From NCBI RefSeq assembly GCF_964355755.1, contig NC_092671.1, forward strand, positions 32,746,304-32,810,303: DNA of 64,000 bases. Reading direction: 5' to 3'. Shown here piece by piece: positions 63,563-64,000 of the stretch. A program made the position numbers and the translations under genes. The stretch's first letter is position 1. Each line of letters starts with the position of its first letter. The notes beneath the pieces were generated by a model. It was given only the letters and a program-made list of their open reading frames with translations. It was not told where the DNA came from and searched no databases. The DNA comes from Antedon mediterranea. Taxonomy: Eukaryota > Animalia > Echinodermata.

Positions 63563-64000
63563 GTATGTAAAACCGGTTTTCCACTTGACAAATGAGTCAG
63601 CCGATTCTGCTACTGTCCATATATGTATGTTAAAAGTACAGTATTTATGCAGACAGCATACACTTTATATAGTTATACAGATACATACCTATTGACAGTA
63701 GCAGAATCGGGTCAATGAGTATTAATATTTTCATCTAATTTTTGTGAAAATTGAATTGAAAAGAAGGCTTTATGTCCACAGATTATTTATTCTATTTCTT
63801 CTTTTGTATTTTCTAACAAGTAAAAAGCTGATTTTCATAAAATACACCCGTTAAATTTGAAGAATGTTGGTTGGTGTTTTGCTATGTTAAATCCAAAAAA
63901 CGATAAGTGTTTCCCTTTGTTAAGAGAATTCTTAATGTATAAGGGTAAGTACTGTTTAGCCTAAGTGTGATTGGTGAATACGGTCACAGGGTCCACCACC

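Overview
AT-rich, intron-rich animal genomic DNA, probably a marine invertebrate (echinoderm-like; this is inference from repeat content and gene style). Host genes: frataxin (5 exons, minus, 13554->10982); an uncharacterised 19-exon gene of about 936 aa (minus, 47532->33346) head-to-head with CHMP2A (plus, 48347->53459); the first two exons of a DXO/Rai1-family gene (plus, from 56956); a decayed kinase gene (about 28.7-29.6 kb); and possible 5' exons of another gene near 6.6 kb. The rest is dense with mobile DNA: an intact CR1 LINE, deleted Academ and P elements, a Penelope fragment, Helitron-, hAT-, Harbinger- and Ginger-like non-autonomous elements, 5S- and tRNA-derived SINEs, and minisatellites. 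An old inverted duplication brackets the 5' half of frataxin. The most notable signal is in the CR1: ORF2 has no usable AUG, lies in the +1 frame overlapping the end of ORF1, and the overlap carries UCC_UUU_CGU in the ORF1 frame. That is the +1 ribosomal frameshift motif of influenza PA-X, and it suggests an ORF1-ORF2 fusion of about 1286 aa. All coordinates were read by eye; no database search was run.
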